From a bacterium (GTDB taxonomy: Bacteria > Bacteroidota > Ignavibacteria > UBA10030), in contig JAZDJN010000004.1 in NCBI GenBank assembly GCA_043803945.1, positions 1 through 47,102 on the forward strand: a DNA stretch of 47,102 bases, read 5' to 3'. A program made the position numbers and the translations under genes. The notes under the pieces were generated by a model. It was not told the origin of the DNA, ran no database searches, and saw only the letters and a list, made by a program, of their open reading frames with translations. Below, in pieces: positions 18,901 to 28,598 of the stretch (positions within the stretch are counted from its first letter, which is position 1; every line of letters starts with the position of its first letter).

Positions 18901-19981
18901 CCGCAGTCCAGCTTGTGCCGTTGTTGGTGGAAAGAAAGACGCCGTTTCCAGATGTCCCGGCAAAGAGATTCGTGCTTGAGACGCCAAGAGCATTGACATA
19001 AGCATTCGTCAAGCCGGTACTCGCCGCAATCCAGCTTATGCTGTTGTTGGTGGAAAGAAAGACGCCACCATCAGTCCCGGCAAAGAGATTCGTGCCGGAG
19101 ACAGCAAGAGCACGGACATAAGCGTTCGTCAAGCCGGTAATTGTCGCAGTCCAGCTTGTGCCGTTGTCGGTGGAAAGAAAGACGCCGCCATTAATCCCCG
19201 CAAGGATATTCGTGCCGGAGACTGCGAGTGTATTGACAGAAGTATTCGTCAAGCCGGTGTTGACCGCAGTCCAACTTGTTCCATTGTTGGTGGAAAGAAA
19301 GACGCCGGTAAAAGTCCCGGCAAAGATATTCGTGCCAGAGACGGCAAGAGCACGGACATAACGGTCATAACTGTCCGTCAAGCCGGTATTAACCGCAGTC
19401 CAGCTTGTCCCGTTGTTAGTGGAAAGAAAGATGCCGCCACTATAGGTTCCGGCAAAGAGATTCGTGCCAGAGACGGCAAGATCACAGACAAATGTGTTCG
19501 TCAAACCGGTATTGACCGCAGTCCAACTTGAACCGTTGTTGGAGGAAAGGAAGACGCCGCCAGAAGTCCCGGCAAAGAGATTCGTGCCGCCTACCCCGTT
19601 TGAGGAGATTGCAAGAGACACGACAGAAGTGTTCGTCAAGCCGGTATTAACCGCAGTCCAGATTGTGCCGTTGTTGGTGGAAAGAAAAACACCGCCGCCC
19701 CAAGTTCCGGCAAAAAGATTCATGCCGGAGACAGCAAGATCACGGACAATAGTGTTCGTCAAGCCGACTGAAGTCCAGATTGTGCCGTTGTTGGTGGAAA
19801 GAAAGACACCACCATCAGTCCCGGCAAAAAGACTCGTTCCGGAGACGGTAAAACACTTCACAGTACCTCCGTACGGCCCATTTGTCTGCTGCCAGAAATT
19901 TGATTGTGCTTCTGAAATATTGAAGAGACATATTAGGATGGTGACAGCGATGAGGGTACGATAAGCATTTGAGCATGACAT
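15938..19981 (-). CDS. T9SS type A sorting domain protein with Asp-box-like propeller repeats, FN3, dockerin and cohesin domains
   Basis: Start at ATG 19981 after GAGGAGG; signal peptide; 11 'GVFLSTNNGTSW' repeats; FN3 (GLSGGTTYSFRVCAVD); dockerin (GDVSHDGTISAFDA / GDVTANSQLSAYDA); cohesin (GDTIQVPITV...SYQFDVEYD); CTD DQNFPNPFNPSTTI...SGIYFY...TKKFALIK. Confidence 0.88.
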   Translation of the reverse strand: MSCSNAYRTLIAVTILICLFNISEAQSNFWQQTNGPYGGTVKCFTVSGTSLFAGTDGGVFLSTNNGTIWTSVGLTNTIVRDLAVSGMNLFAGTWGGGVFLSTNNGTIWTAVNTGLTNTSVVSLAISSNGVGGTNLFAGTSGGVFLSSNNGSSWTAVNTGLTNTFVCDLAVSGTNLFAGTYSGGIFLSTNNGTSWTAVNTGLTDSYDRYVRALAVSGTNIFAGTFTGVFLSTNNGTSWTAVNTGLTNTSVNTLAVSGTNILAGINGGVFLSTDNGTSWTATITGLTNAYVRALAVSGTNLFAGTDGGVFLSTNNSISWIAASTGLTNAYVNALGVSSTNLFAGTSGNGVFLSTNNGTSWTAVNTGLTNTAVYALAFSPNGAGGMNIFAGTIDGVFLSANYGTSWTAASIGLTNTFVNALSASGTNIFAGTFGGGVFLSTNNGTSWTAVGLTNTIVHALAVSGTNLFAGTSGGVFLSTNNGTNWAVVNTGLTDSYNRYVRALAVSGTNIFAGINGGNVVRGTVTNDSSSVPQNLEAVALSDRAALRWKKSSVPSIFRYRIYRSNPLALVDSTQGGSDTLNIIIGLSGGTTYSFRVCAVDSSNNESGLSNEVTIIPSPGRSLGDVSHDGTISAFDASLTLQHAASIAVLTNLEDILVGDVTANSQLSAYDASQTLRFAAGLITNFPTNVPSPSATSVSLPALTSQIGDTIQVPITVGDLTGKDITSYQFDVEYDTTSVKITGISSSSTLSSGISMLLCNLDSPRRIRVAGAGVAALAGSGTLLNLSAQAVKSGTSILRFLTFQFNEGKNTTNSSNGSIDVTIPTPPGSWTFRSNTGKTANVAIPNAINPTIGATHALRTGDAVGVFFSRNDSLICAGSSLWQEGQNIAITAWGDNDQTTMKDGFNEGELICFKIWDGRAGKEYFAKVAYQSGPGVNYQTNGIYALSSLVGFTNVAHSIVLPQGWNMISSFVTPKDSTLDSLYAKIKSRIVIMKNGPGQVFWPTFTINTIGKWKSYHGYQLYMNSRDTVTITGDEINPQQYPMSLPQGWNMISYLRNSPMRSDSALSTISSKLVIAKNGAGQVYWPAFSINTIGSMKPGQGYQMYLSSVGTLTYPANAALAPPTLLTKTVLTENSSTIPEPTKYRVEYSNTGSSAILIIEGSGVKEEEEIGVWTQKKKLVGSGVVTNGKALVTVWGDDEMTEEVKEGVGEGETLVLTAWSGKERTLKIGTLVNGLTNTSEVKVLQYNKDRVWIARIEEEVGAIPREFVLDQNFPNPFNPSTTIGYGLPKDAKVTLEIYDVLGRRVTTLVNSEQKAGYYSVQFQNRALVSGIYFYTIVAGEFKSTKKFALIK
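18440..19860 (-). repeat. Intragenic tandem repeats, ~115-140 bp unit, 11 full copies plus a partial one
   Basis: Recurring GTTGTTGGTGGAAAGAAAGAC and GTTCGTCAAGCCGG words; units preserve the reading frame. Confidence 0.9.
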
Positions 19982-21157
19982 GGCACAATCCTCCTCTAGT
20001 AAGGATTCAAAAGAACATCCAACACCTCCAACTTCACCCCAAGGGGATTCCTTCTGCACGAAACCAGGAACTATGTTGAATATTAGTGTGGCGCTACGAT
20101 CCCAAAGTGTTGATGTGGAAAGAAACTGACGATTACGATGGTGGGTACTGCATGGTGTGTGATGTGTGCGGCACAGCAGGATCTGCTAGAATTGAATTGA
20201 TTCATGCTACCCGCCCCAGTTGTGGAAAACAGAACGCACGATGTCGCATGAGAACTTGTAAGAAAGTAGAGAAATCCTCTCCCAGTGTCAATACTCAGAA
20301 TCTGTCAATAGCCTAGAAACACTTGGATTACCTCAAGCAAACTGGCGAATATTGCACTATGCCTTCTTTTTCACACCCAGCTTCCTATCTTCAAGCATGA
20401 CTTACCCACCAGCCCCAACAATATTGGATGATCCTTTCAGGCTAATTCCCTCCCGCGGGAATATCAGCACATCCCTATTCATCACCAGCGATAGTAAACC
20501 ATTTGAGCGTAAGATAATCAGAACACACTCCAATATTGTGAGCCTTGACTTTTGTGTTCCAACCCCTGGCTTTCAATTCTGGTCTAGCGTTCGAACCGTT
20601 ACATCCCTCACTCGGCAACGTGATATCTTGTTTCACTGGCAGAGGTTTCTTGCACAAGCTGATAATTACCTGACTTGGAAGTATATCGATAGTTGGTAAT
20701 CCGAGTCTCGTTATACCCCTTCTTGGTTTAGATGCTCACTTTTGAATCATCTTGCCAGCCCTAAGTTTTTCACTCCCATAAAAAGGTCTGATATTCTTCA
20801 TAAACACCGCAATCGTCCAACAGCCCCCCTCCTATCTAAGAAATACCATGGGTCAGTTGCTATTGAACTGGAAAGGGTCTATCCTAAACAAATTTACAAG
20901 GGGTCACTGAACGTGTTGTGAGTTCAAGCGCATCCCGACAATAGTCAAGATTAGGCCTGCAGTGGTCGTTCCATCAAACAACGTTCGTAGTTGTTCGCTT
21001 TCCCTGAAAAGATATTCTTCAAACTACTGCGGGATGGTAACCGAAATGGTACGAATGCTCCTTCGTCGTCAGGAGAGAGCAAATCCCGCAGGAGCTGTAC
21101 CCTCGCGCTCGGTACCAAGATGAAAAACATGCGAAAGCAACGTAGTAAAATGAACTA

Positions 21158-21460
21158 TTGTATATGGTGAATAGGATGACCTATATGATGCACGGTCGTG
21201 GTTTGTATGATTCACACCACCAACGAATTGCCTTTGCAAGTGGCATGGGAATTTATGATGGTGATAATCAGAGAGTTGGGACTATCCGTGGAAACTTTTT
21301 CTTCGATATAGATAACAGGATGATGATGACACTTCGGGGTGCGGATATCTACGATGCTTTAAATAATCGGATAGCTTCACTTATGGATGTGCAGAAATCA
21401 ATTGTAGGAGCAGGAAAAGAAATGCTCTATGCAGCCCTCTGGTATTGTTTTGTTCGGTAG
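21158..21460 (+). CDS. Small hypothetical protein with short beta-repeat pattern
   Basis: Repeated G..(I/L)YD..N.R(I/V) units (GLYDSHHQRI, GIYDGDNQRV, DIYDALNNRI); true start may be the ATG of MTYMM. Confidence 0.6.
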   Translation: MYMVNRMTYMMHGRGLYDSHHQRIAFASGMGIYDGDNQRVGTIRGNFFFDIDNRMMMTLRGADIYDALNNRIASLMDVQKSIVGAGKEMLYAALWYCFVR

Positions 21461-21999
21461 GAATCTGGTATCTTTGAAATTGCACCTGCTTCGTCGGAGT
21501 CAACAGGATCCTTAAAAAGACATTGCGTACGTTTTAAAAAAAACACTCCGCTTCAAATTCTATTTTTGCTGATCCCAATATGTATTCCATTTCCAGAATT
21601 AATGCAAAACCAAGCATTATCATCACTTCCTCTACTTCAAATCCACGGCTCTTATTGCCCCCTCTCACCGCATATTCCCACCCCACCTCTGTCGGTAAAC
21701 GCTCATAAGAAAAAAGATCATGATGTACATAAACAGAAGAAAAGCTAATGAATAGACTCTACCTTCACATTATCTACGAATATATTGGCAGGAGAGAAAC
21801 GGGAATTTTAATTGCCGTTGAAGGGAAATAATGCTTAATGTTAATCACATGGGCCTCCCTAAACCCTGGCGTATGGTAGTGCGGCAGGGCTTTTAATTTG
21901 TGTCAATGCAATAATTATTGTATAATTATACCACATGCAATTTAATGTGAGTTAGTTATACAGGAGAAAACCATCACAAAGACATTCAAAGATTTACTG

Positions 22000-22692
22000 T
22001 TGCAAGCAGTCAATTCTGCAAAATATGCAAGCGTTGAGGGATTAAGGAAAAAGCTCCAATTGAGAAAGAGGAAAATACCGTCATCATCCCTTCATGGTAC
22101 ACTCTACCGATTAGTTGAATCCAAAGCTGTTTTCAATGCAGGGAGAGGATGGTACTCCACAATTGCCACACCCTTCACCCCGCAATATGAATCAATAAAG
22201 GAAATCGCCAGACAAATCGAGAAGCAATTTCCGCAGTTGCAGTTTTCTGTCTGGAGTACCGAGCAGTTGCAATCGTTCGCCCATCACTTGATGAGCCGTT
22301 TTACAACATTCCTATATACTGAGACAGATGCTATTCGTTCTGTCACAGAGTTCTTACAGAGCCAGCAGCAGACAGTATATCCCAATCCGAAACAATCAGA
22401 AGTTGAGAAATATGTCGCATTGTCTAATCGAAGAATCATCGTCCGTTCTTTAGTGACAAAAGAGCCGGTTGAAGGACATTACGCTACTATTGAAAAAATC
22501 CTTATCGATCTCTTTCTGGAAAAGGATCGTTTATTTTTAATGGACAGTGCAGAGTACAAACGGATTTTTGGAAATATTATCTTTTCCAATCGGATCACCA
22601 TGGGGGGACTGTTTGGTTATGCGTCGCGCCGGAATATTACCGCTTCCCTTGTGAAATTGTGTTCAGACTATAAATCCACAATTATTATGTGA
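22000..22692 (+). CDS. Putative type IV TA antitoxin (DUF6577-like)
   Basis: wHTH ending LYRLVESKAVFNAGRGWY, then TIEKILIDLF and YASRR; GTGA overlap with an AbiEii-like start. Confidence 0.7.
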   Translation: MQAVNSAKYASVEGLRKKLQLRKRKIPSSSLHGTLYRLVESKAVFNAGRGWYSTIATPFTPQYESIKEIARQIEKQFPQLQFSVWSTEQLQSFAHHLMSRFTTFLYTETDAIRSVTEFLQSQQQTVYPNPKQSEVEKYVALSNRRIIVRSLVTKEPVEGHYATIEKILIDLFLEKDRLFLMDSAEYKRIFGNIIFSNRITMGGLFGYASRRNITASLVKLCSDYKSTIIM

Positions 22693-22886
22693 GTAGTGCA
22701 ACCGTGATCATTGATAAATCATTTTCGAAAGAATGGATTCAAGCCCAGCGCCTAGCGAACAAAGGTGCAGATCCCGGACTTATCGAAAAGCAGATATACG
22801 CTTTCGCACTCCTGCAATATCTCGTAAAGAGTGGAAAAGAATTTGTCTTCAAAGGTGGCACATCACTGACTTCTGCGCTACCGTAA
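22689..22886 (+). pseudogene. AbiEii-family toxin, N-terminal fragment only
   Basis: DPGLIEKQIYAFALLQYL...FVFKGGTSL, then homology stops before the R.S.DID motif. Confidence 0.8.
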
Positions 22887-23146
22887 AGAATCGTTGCAGT
22901 CTTTCAAGTGCTGAAATACCCATAGTCCACGTGTGAAGCTCGGATAGCTTTTTCTTACCATGAAGTATTTCTTCCCTATTCGCAAGAGCCTCATAGAGTA
23001 CTGCTCTTAGATCATTTAATATTGTAATGTCGGACACAAGTGGATTTGTTCTCATGGTTTCGGGACCTCCGAATTAGAATATTTGCCGATTGATTTATCC
23101 TGGTTTGTTTCTCATCCGTGCACCTTCATCTTAAAATGGCTCCACT

Positions 23147-26100
23147 CTATGTGATAAATTTATCTCTCAATTCTTTTTTCTTCATTTTACTCGCTAACTC
23201 AGCCATCTTCAATTTTAATGCCTCTGGGTCATTCAGGGTTGTAGAAGAAATCTCCACTACCGCAATTCCCATTATCTCAAGCTTCTGCCGAATTATCGCA
23301 TCTATGCGCTGACGTTCCTCATTCCCATGAATACCTTTTGATAAACCATCTAAGTAGACCGCAACTGCGATTTCCTTCGATAGATCTTCAAAATAGAGAT
23401 CGGGAACAGTGCGATTAAATGGTGCACCAATGGTTATCTCTTTTTGCTGCTCGAATGGCGGAAATCCTTCATTCTCGAGCATCTCATTCAGGCTTTTCTC
23501 TCCGATGTTTGTTGGTATCCCGCCATCTGTACTGGCCTGCTTTTCATCCGCTGAACCAAGGTCACGTTCAAACCCCAATGGATGTAAATACAGCTCAACT
23601 TGAGATGCTGCTTTGTGCCGATCAAGGAATTTTTGATAGTAAGAGTTATAGTACGTCCTTAGGCAGTCATAGCAGCTCGACTCACAATTGCTCGGACAGT
23701 TGTGCAATCCATCGAGCGCTGCTGCTAATATATCTTGCCAACTTTCAATGATCTGGTTCAGAATACCAGAACCTCCCGGCATTGGATCATACACGAATAG
23801 TGAGGATGAGCCATCCGCCTCACCGATCACGAGCACACCTAAATCATTCCTCTCCATTTCCAAAATCCGGGATGCACCTACAACAATTGCCTCCCCCATA
23901 TTGTAGGCATCTACACCATTCTCGAAACCTCTCAGCAAAATACCATCGACAAGATCTTCCGCTGAGATTACCATCTGACCTGGCTCTCTCCCACATCGAT
24001 CTTTGTGCAACTCTTTGAAGCTCGTCAGCTCAACATTTGAGGCATAAGGCGAACGAGTTGCTCCGCATACCGTGCAAATAGGATAGCCTAACTCGCCGCC
24101 CTCAACCCGATCTCTTGGACCAAGATTCAGTAGCAATAACTTTTGCCCAACCAAGAGATCTACGGATCTCCCCGCACAAGTATAGGCCCTTCCACCTCGT
24201 CTCGACCGTTGTAATCGACCAATAGATCTTACAGGCAGCTGAAAGCGGTTTACCTCTTCGTCGCTAATCCGAGAAATCAAATGTATATCGGAATCGCTTA
24301 TCGGTATCGCCGACACCTCGAACACTTCATTGCCGGCATAAACACCCGCCCCATCTCCGCCTGGAATAGCTATATGGTTTTTCTCAAGATCAACGATGAA
24401 CGATCTAAGATTGAGTTGGTCTTTAGCCAGCGGGAATCGATAAAGCACAACTCTGAATCTACCTCCATTCGCATAGATCATGTTACCAGGGATATATTCC
24501 CGGAGCGCCAGTACAGGTGCACGCGATAATTCAAAAACGGCTTTTCCACGACCGTACCCCAAAAAGGAGTGATGAGCAAATGCCTTGATGCCAGTATCGT
24601 AGAGGCCGTAACCCGGCAGGAAACCTTCGTTCGCGAGCGCGGTTAAGGTGTAATTGTCCCGGTTTGTTTCGTTCAGTTCTTTCAAGTATGCAGTACAGCG
24701 AGCGAGAATGCGTTCATCTTCTTGATTCAACAATCCACGATTCTTTATTTCATTCAACTTACGCTGCGTGTCCACTGCCCACATCATTCGCTGGTGTAGT
24801 AGATCAATCGTCAATTGAAGTTGCTTTGGCATTTCGACGACCATTGAAGCCATCGCCGAATCATCAAATTGCCATCCATCCTCTTTTGGCCAGTATTGTG
24901 TGAACGCCCTCTTGGACCCTTCAAGAAGCAACGAATAGTGTTTCGAAATCAGGGTCGTTAGCAATTTTACATCATAGGGATCAATGCGATACCGCTGATT
25001 CTCATCGAACAAATACTCCCTTATGAAAGTAGGAAACACCTTGCTGTATCCTTCTACTATTTCGTCCACATCCGTCTGGGATAGACCGGATGCCGTCCCA
25101 TTTATCGTGAATCGCAACAGTTCAGAAATCACCGCAGAATGCACGTGCTTTCGCAGCATCACCTCATTATGCAAATTGAATTTTGGCGTTGTGATCGTTC
25201 CTGACAGGAGCTTATCAGGATAGAGATAAAAGTAATTATCATGGTCGCTTCTTCGACAGTATGTGTAGATTACGGCTATACGATGGCGCCGTCCAGCTCT
25301 GCCGGCACGTTGCCAATAGTTCGACGATCGTGGAGGCACATTTCTCATCAGTACCATGTCGAGTGAGCCGATATCCACCCCAAGTTCCAATGTGGGTGTT
25401 GCCACTAAACAGTTATATCGCCCCCTCATCTTCTTAAACTCGTCCTCTATCTTCTCACGGTTTTTCGCCGGTACTTGTGCGCTATGCTCCTGTGGCATGA
25501 CCATCGAGAAAGGGCTCTTCAGCAGCGATACATTATAATCATTGGTTCTTGGTTCTTTGAACCGTAGTTCTCCTCCACAGTTGTATGCAGTGCATTTCTG
25601 TCTCGGTGTAGTACGCGCATGGTTGCGTTGACATCGGTTGCACTGATACCTTTCCCATTGCACAAGCAAGCCAAGTTTGGACGTGTCTACCTGGTAAACC
25701 GGAGAACCGGTGGCCAAGGCATTACCAGAAGAACCGGCCAGCGTCACTTGAGTCAGAAGTTTTGTATCAACAGTGAGGAATTGCCACAGTGATTTCAAAA
25801 ACTCATCTTTAAGTGCATCGGACACACCCCATTTGGCAGCAAGTCGTTCAATCAAAGAACGTCCCGTTGATGATCGAAAATAGATCTTGTATCGGCTCTT
25901 GGGAGTCTCTGGATTTTCTGAGACTCCTTGCGGCGGTAAAGGTTGGTTGTTTGAACCCATCATCAGCGCAAGGTAGCCCTGTTGAATCTCGGTATCTCCT
26001 TCGCGCCATGCTCGGCTATATACAGGTGCATTTTTATCGCTGAGATATCTGTTGCGACGGTAGATGTCAAGCAGGATTGATACTCCTTCTACAAGCTCTT

Positions 26101-28552
26101 TCGCTGCGATCTTGGTCTTAACAGACCACTCTTGTATCCATCCCGTTTGTACACTTATCCCCTCATATACTACTTTCATTAATCCCCACGTCTCCAAACT
26201 TTCCCGCTGGGCAAAGCTTGTTGCAAGCTCCCGCAGAATCTGAATCCGTAGGTAGTACTTTAGTTGCTTCTCAAATTCAGTTCCAAAGGCTTCATCAGAA
26301 TAAAACTCATAAACTTCAGGAGCCAGAACGCGTGCTAGCGCCTTGTCTTCCTTCAATTTTAGAAACAAATTGTTTTGGACATCACCGATCGATATAGGAT
26401 TCGTCTGTGCTGACAGAAGTTCGTAAACAAGGTGACGGAACCTATATCGTCGCGCGTGGTCTTGCATCCAACCCGCCTGGAACGCAGCATCCTGTCTATT
26501 GTCTGCAAACACGATTAATTTCTGGTTCTCCGGAGTCGATGCATTGATCATGTTTTGCGCAAGAATGTGTACATCAGCGACTGTGGTAGCACGTAATGGC
26601 CTGATCGGTTCAATTTTTCTTCCACCCGATTTCCCCAGAGCTCCGCATGAAGCACACGAACTCAATCTTCCATCCTCATCGGTCTTCACAATCCATAGCT
26701 TGATGAGCCGATTGGTCTGCTTACATTTTGGATTACTGCATTGCTCTTCCACCTCCCGCTGGAGAGTTCCACAATATGTGCAAAAATTCAGTTCTGCCCG
26801 CTTCGTATCTAGTCGTCCTGATGCCTCGTCATCATCAAGTTCCACAACGAAGCGATTCGTCAAGATCACCCTGTCACCGCTTACATCATCTGCTGGGATC
26901 CAAATCACATTTTCCCCTTCGGCCTGCCCTCCTGCAATTACCTCACCATTAAAATGGATGTTTTGGTAGTGTCCTTCAAAGTAATGTTGACCACAGGTTT
27001 TGCACACGTAGACAGGTAGAAGGGCTTTTTCCAGCGCAGTCACTTTGTCGAATGCGGACTCTTTTGAAAGGAATAACTTCGGAAGGTTTTCTACACCCGG
27101 CATGGGTTTCTCAAAAGCCACAACCGCGCCCTCTAAACCTTTTACAAAATAATGAATCTTCGGTCTCAGAAGCGGGCTGTCGTTTTTCTGTGCAGCAGCT
27201 CCTAAGGCCAGGTAACAAAGCAGCTCCCCTTTGTCCTGCTCAGTGGGGACAACATTTATTCGCTTCAATTGAATAAGAATTTTGTTTGTCGCCTCGGCTA
27301 ATTCCTGTGCTTGTGTTAAATGATGAAACACGGAATAGACATATTCATTCACCTTGAGCTGTTCGAAGAGCGATCTGCGCGGCTCTCCGTTCAGAACAAT
27401 CTCTCTTCCAGTCAAAGCCTTGTAATCGATTTGCAGCGCTGGGAAATCATCTTTTTCCAAGTCTTTCAGTATTCTATCGAGCAATGTGAGGGTGCTCTCT
27501 TGAGGGGAAGCTGGTACATAACGGTCCGATGGAAATTCCTCGGTTTCATACTCCTCCTGCACCAAAGCCACCTTGGCGCTATCAACACCAAAAAAACGAG
27601 CGGCAAAAGATCGGCCCGCTTTCTCGCCATCGATCGGATCGATAATTGTCGCCGATGTGCCGATACATGTCACCTCATCCGCTGTCTTGCCGCAGAGGGT
27701 ACGCAATCTTCGAACGAGACACGAAACCTCGGCACCTGAGACACCTGAATAGGTATGTGCTTCGTCAACCACGATATACTTCAGCGGAGCATCAACGAAA
27801 ATCTTCACATCCTTTGACCGCGTCATTAAGAGTTCTAACTGCTTGACGTTGGTAAGGAGGAGCCGAGGCGGTTTTTCCGAGATTTCCTTTTCTGTCAATC
27901 GCTCTTCGGAAGGAGATATCTGCGTTTTACCCCCTTTTTTCTTCATCAACTCGTTGAATTTCTCTTTTCCTTCGCCCAGATCCATTCTATGGACATCCGC
28001 CAGATCGCCGCGTGATTCCGCTGTCGTCCCAATATAAAGTCCAAAGCTGATCCCCGATCCGGCAAGCATCCCACGAAGACGGTTGCGCTGGTCGATCGCG
28101 AGAGCATTCATTGGATATATTAGAATTGCTACCACACCGTCAGATTCTCCCTTGTCACGTAATTTCAAACAGTGATCGAGAATTGGATATAGAAACGATT
28201 CTGTTTTGCCTGATCCTGTCCCGGTGGAGATGAGGCAGTGTTTCCCTTTGAGTATTTCCTCCAAGGAACGATCTTGATGCATGAAAAGCTGGGGGAACTC
28301 TGATAATCCGGGCAAGGCAGCATGCACGATATTCTGAGCAGCTAAATCGTTTAAATTCCTGCCGAGTTTGAACGAACGGCTTGATGATACATACGGTCCT
28401 TTGATGAGTGGACGTGCACTGCTTCTATCCGTCATCAATGCCTGCGCCTGCTCGAACATGTCAGAATCAGAGAGAGGAAATGCTGTGAGTTGATAGTTGA
28501 GGAATTTCTTGTTGACCTCATCTGCAAAGGAAACAGGATTCAATACTTCCAT
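23147..28552 (-). CDS. YprA/DruE-like SF2 DEAH helicase with DUF1998 Zn domain and C-terminal DUF559/Vsr-like nuclease
   Basis: 1801 aa; TGTGSGKTE, YPMNAL, DEAH, ATPTLELGVDIG, QRAGRAGR; several CxxC pairs; YDPMPGGSG...CPSNCESSCYDCL; terminal PDLYF...VYLDG....H...D. Confidence 0.9.
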   Translation of the reverse strand: MEVLNPVSFADEVNKKFLNYQLTAFPLSDSDMFEQAQALMTDRSSARPLIKGPYVSSSRSFKLGRNLNDLAAQNIVHAALPGLSEFPQLFMHQDRSLEEILKGKHCLISTGTGSGKTESFLYPILDHCLKLRDKGESDGVVAILIYPMNALAIDQRNRLRGMLAGSGISFGLYIGTTAESRGDLADVHRMDLGEGKEKFNELMKKKGGKTQISPSEERLTEKEISEKPPRLLLTNVKQLELLMTRSKDVKIFVDAPLKYIVVDEAHTYSGVSGAEVSCLVRRLRTLCGKTADEVTCIGTSATIIDPIDGEKAGRSFAARFFGVDSAKVALVQEEYETEEFPSDRYVPASPQESTLTLLDRILKDLEKDDFPALQIDYKALTGREIVLNGEPRRSLFEQLKVNEYVYSVFHHLTQAQELAEATNKILIQLKRINVVPTEQDKGELLCYLALGAAAQKNDSPLLRPKIHYFVKGLEGAVVAFEKPMPGVENLPKLFLSKESAFDKVTALEKALLPVYVCKTCGQHYFEGHYQNIHFNGEVIAGGQAEGENVIWIPADDVSGDRVILTNRFVVELDDDEASGRLDTKRAELNFCTYCGTLQREVEEQCSNPKCKQTNRLIKLWIVKTDEDGRLSSCASCGALGKSGGRKIEPIRPLRATTVADVHILAQNMINASTPENQKLIVFADNRQDAAFQAGWMQDHARRYRFRHLVYELLSAQTNPISIGDVQNNLFLKLKEDKALARVLAPEVYEFYSDEAFGTEFEKQLKYYLRIQILRELATSFAQRESLETWGLMKVVYEGISVQTGWIQEWSVKTKIAAKELVEGVSILLDIYRRNRYLSDKNAPVYSRAWREGDTEIQQGYLALMMGSNNQPLPPQGVSENPETPKSRYKIYFRSSTGRSLIERLAAKWGVSDALKDEFLKSLWQFLTVDTKLLTQVTLAGSSGNALATGSPVYQVDTSKLGLLVQWERYQCNRCQRNHARTTPRQKCTAYNCGGELRFKEPRTNDYNVSLLKSPFSMVMPQEHSAQVPAKNREKIEDEFKKMRGRYNCLVATPTLELGVDIGSLDMVLMRNVPPRSSNYWQRAGRAGRRHRIAVIYTYCRRSDHDNYFYLYPDKLLSGTITTPKFNLHNEVMLRKHVHSAVISELLRFTINGTASGLSQTDVDEIVEGYSKVFPTFIREYLFDENQRYRIDPYDVKLLTTLISKHYSLLLEGSKRAFTQYWPKEDGWQFDDSAMASMVVEMPKQLQLTIDLLHQRMMWAVDTQRKLNEIKNRGLLNQEDERILARCTAYLKELNETNRDNYTLTALANEGFLPGYGLYDTGIKAFAHHSFLGYGRGKAVFELSRAPVLALREYIPGNMIYANGGRFRVVLYRFPLAKDQLNLRSFIVDLEKNHIAIPGGDGAGVYAGNEVFEVSAIPISDSDIHLISRISDEEVNRFQLPVRSIGRLQRSRRGGRAYTCAGRSVDLLVGQKLLLLNLGPRDRVEGGELGYPICTVCGATRSPYASNVELTSFKELHKDRCGREPGQMVISAEDLVDGILLRGFENGVDAYNMGEAIVVGASRILEMERNDLGVLVIGEADGSSSLFVYDPMPGGSGILNQIIESWQDILAAALDGLHNCPSNCESSCYDCLRTYYNSYYQKFLDRHKAASQVELYLHPLGFERDLGSADEKQASTDGGIPTNIGEKSLNEMLENEGFPPFEQQKEITIGAPFNRTVPDLYFEDLSKEIAVAVYLDGLSKGIHGNEERQRIDAIIRQKLEIMGIAVVEISSTTLNDPEALKLKMAELASKMKKKELRDKFIT

Positions 28553-28598
28553 AATCGTTACTCTATGTTAGTGGCTATTGTTCTCGCCGTAACTCAGT

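Noticed and set aside
18440-19860. Regular repeats as a CRISPR array or DGR template/variable repeats
   Set aside because: Units are frame-preserving coding repeats with similar, not unique, intervening sequence; no cas genes or reverse transcriptase in the window.
20086-20950. ORFs upstream of the T9SS gene
   Set aside because: No recognisable protein; the minus-strand frame is interrupted by several stops.
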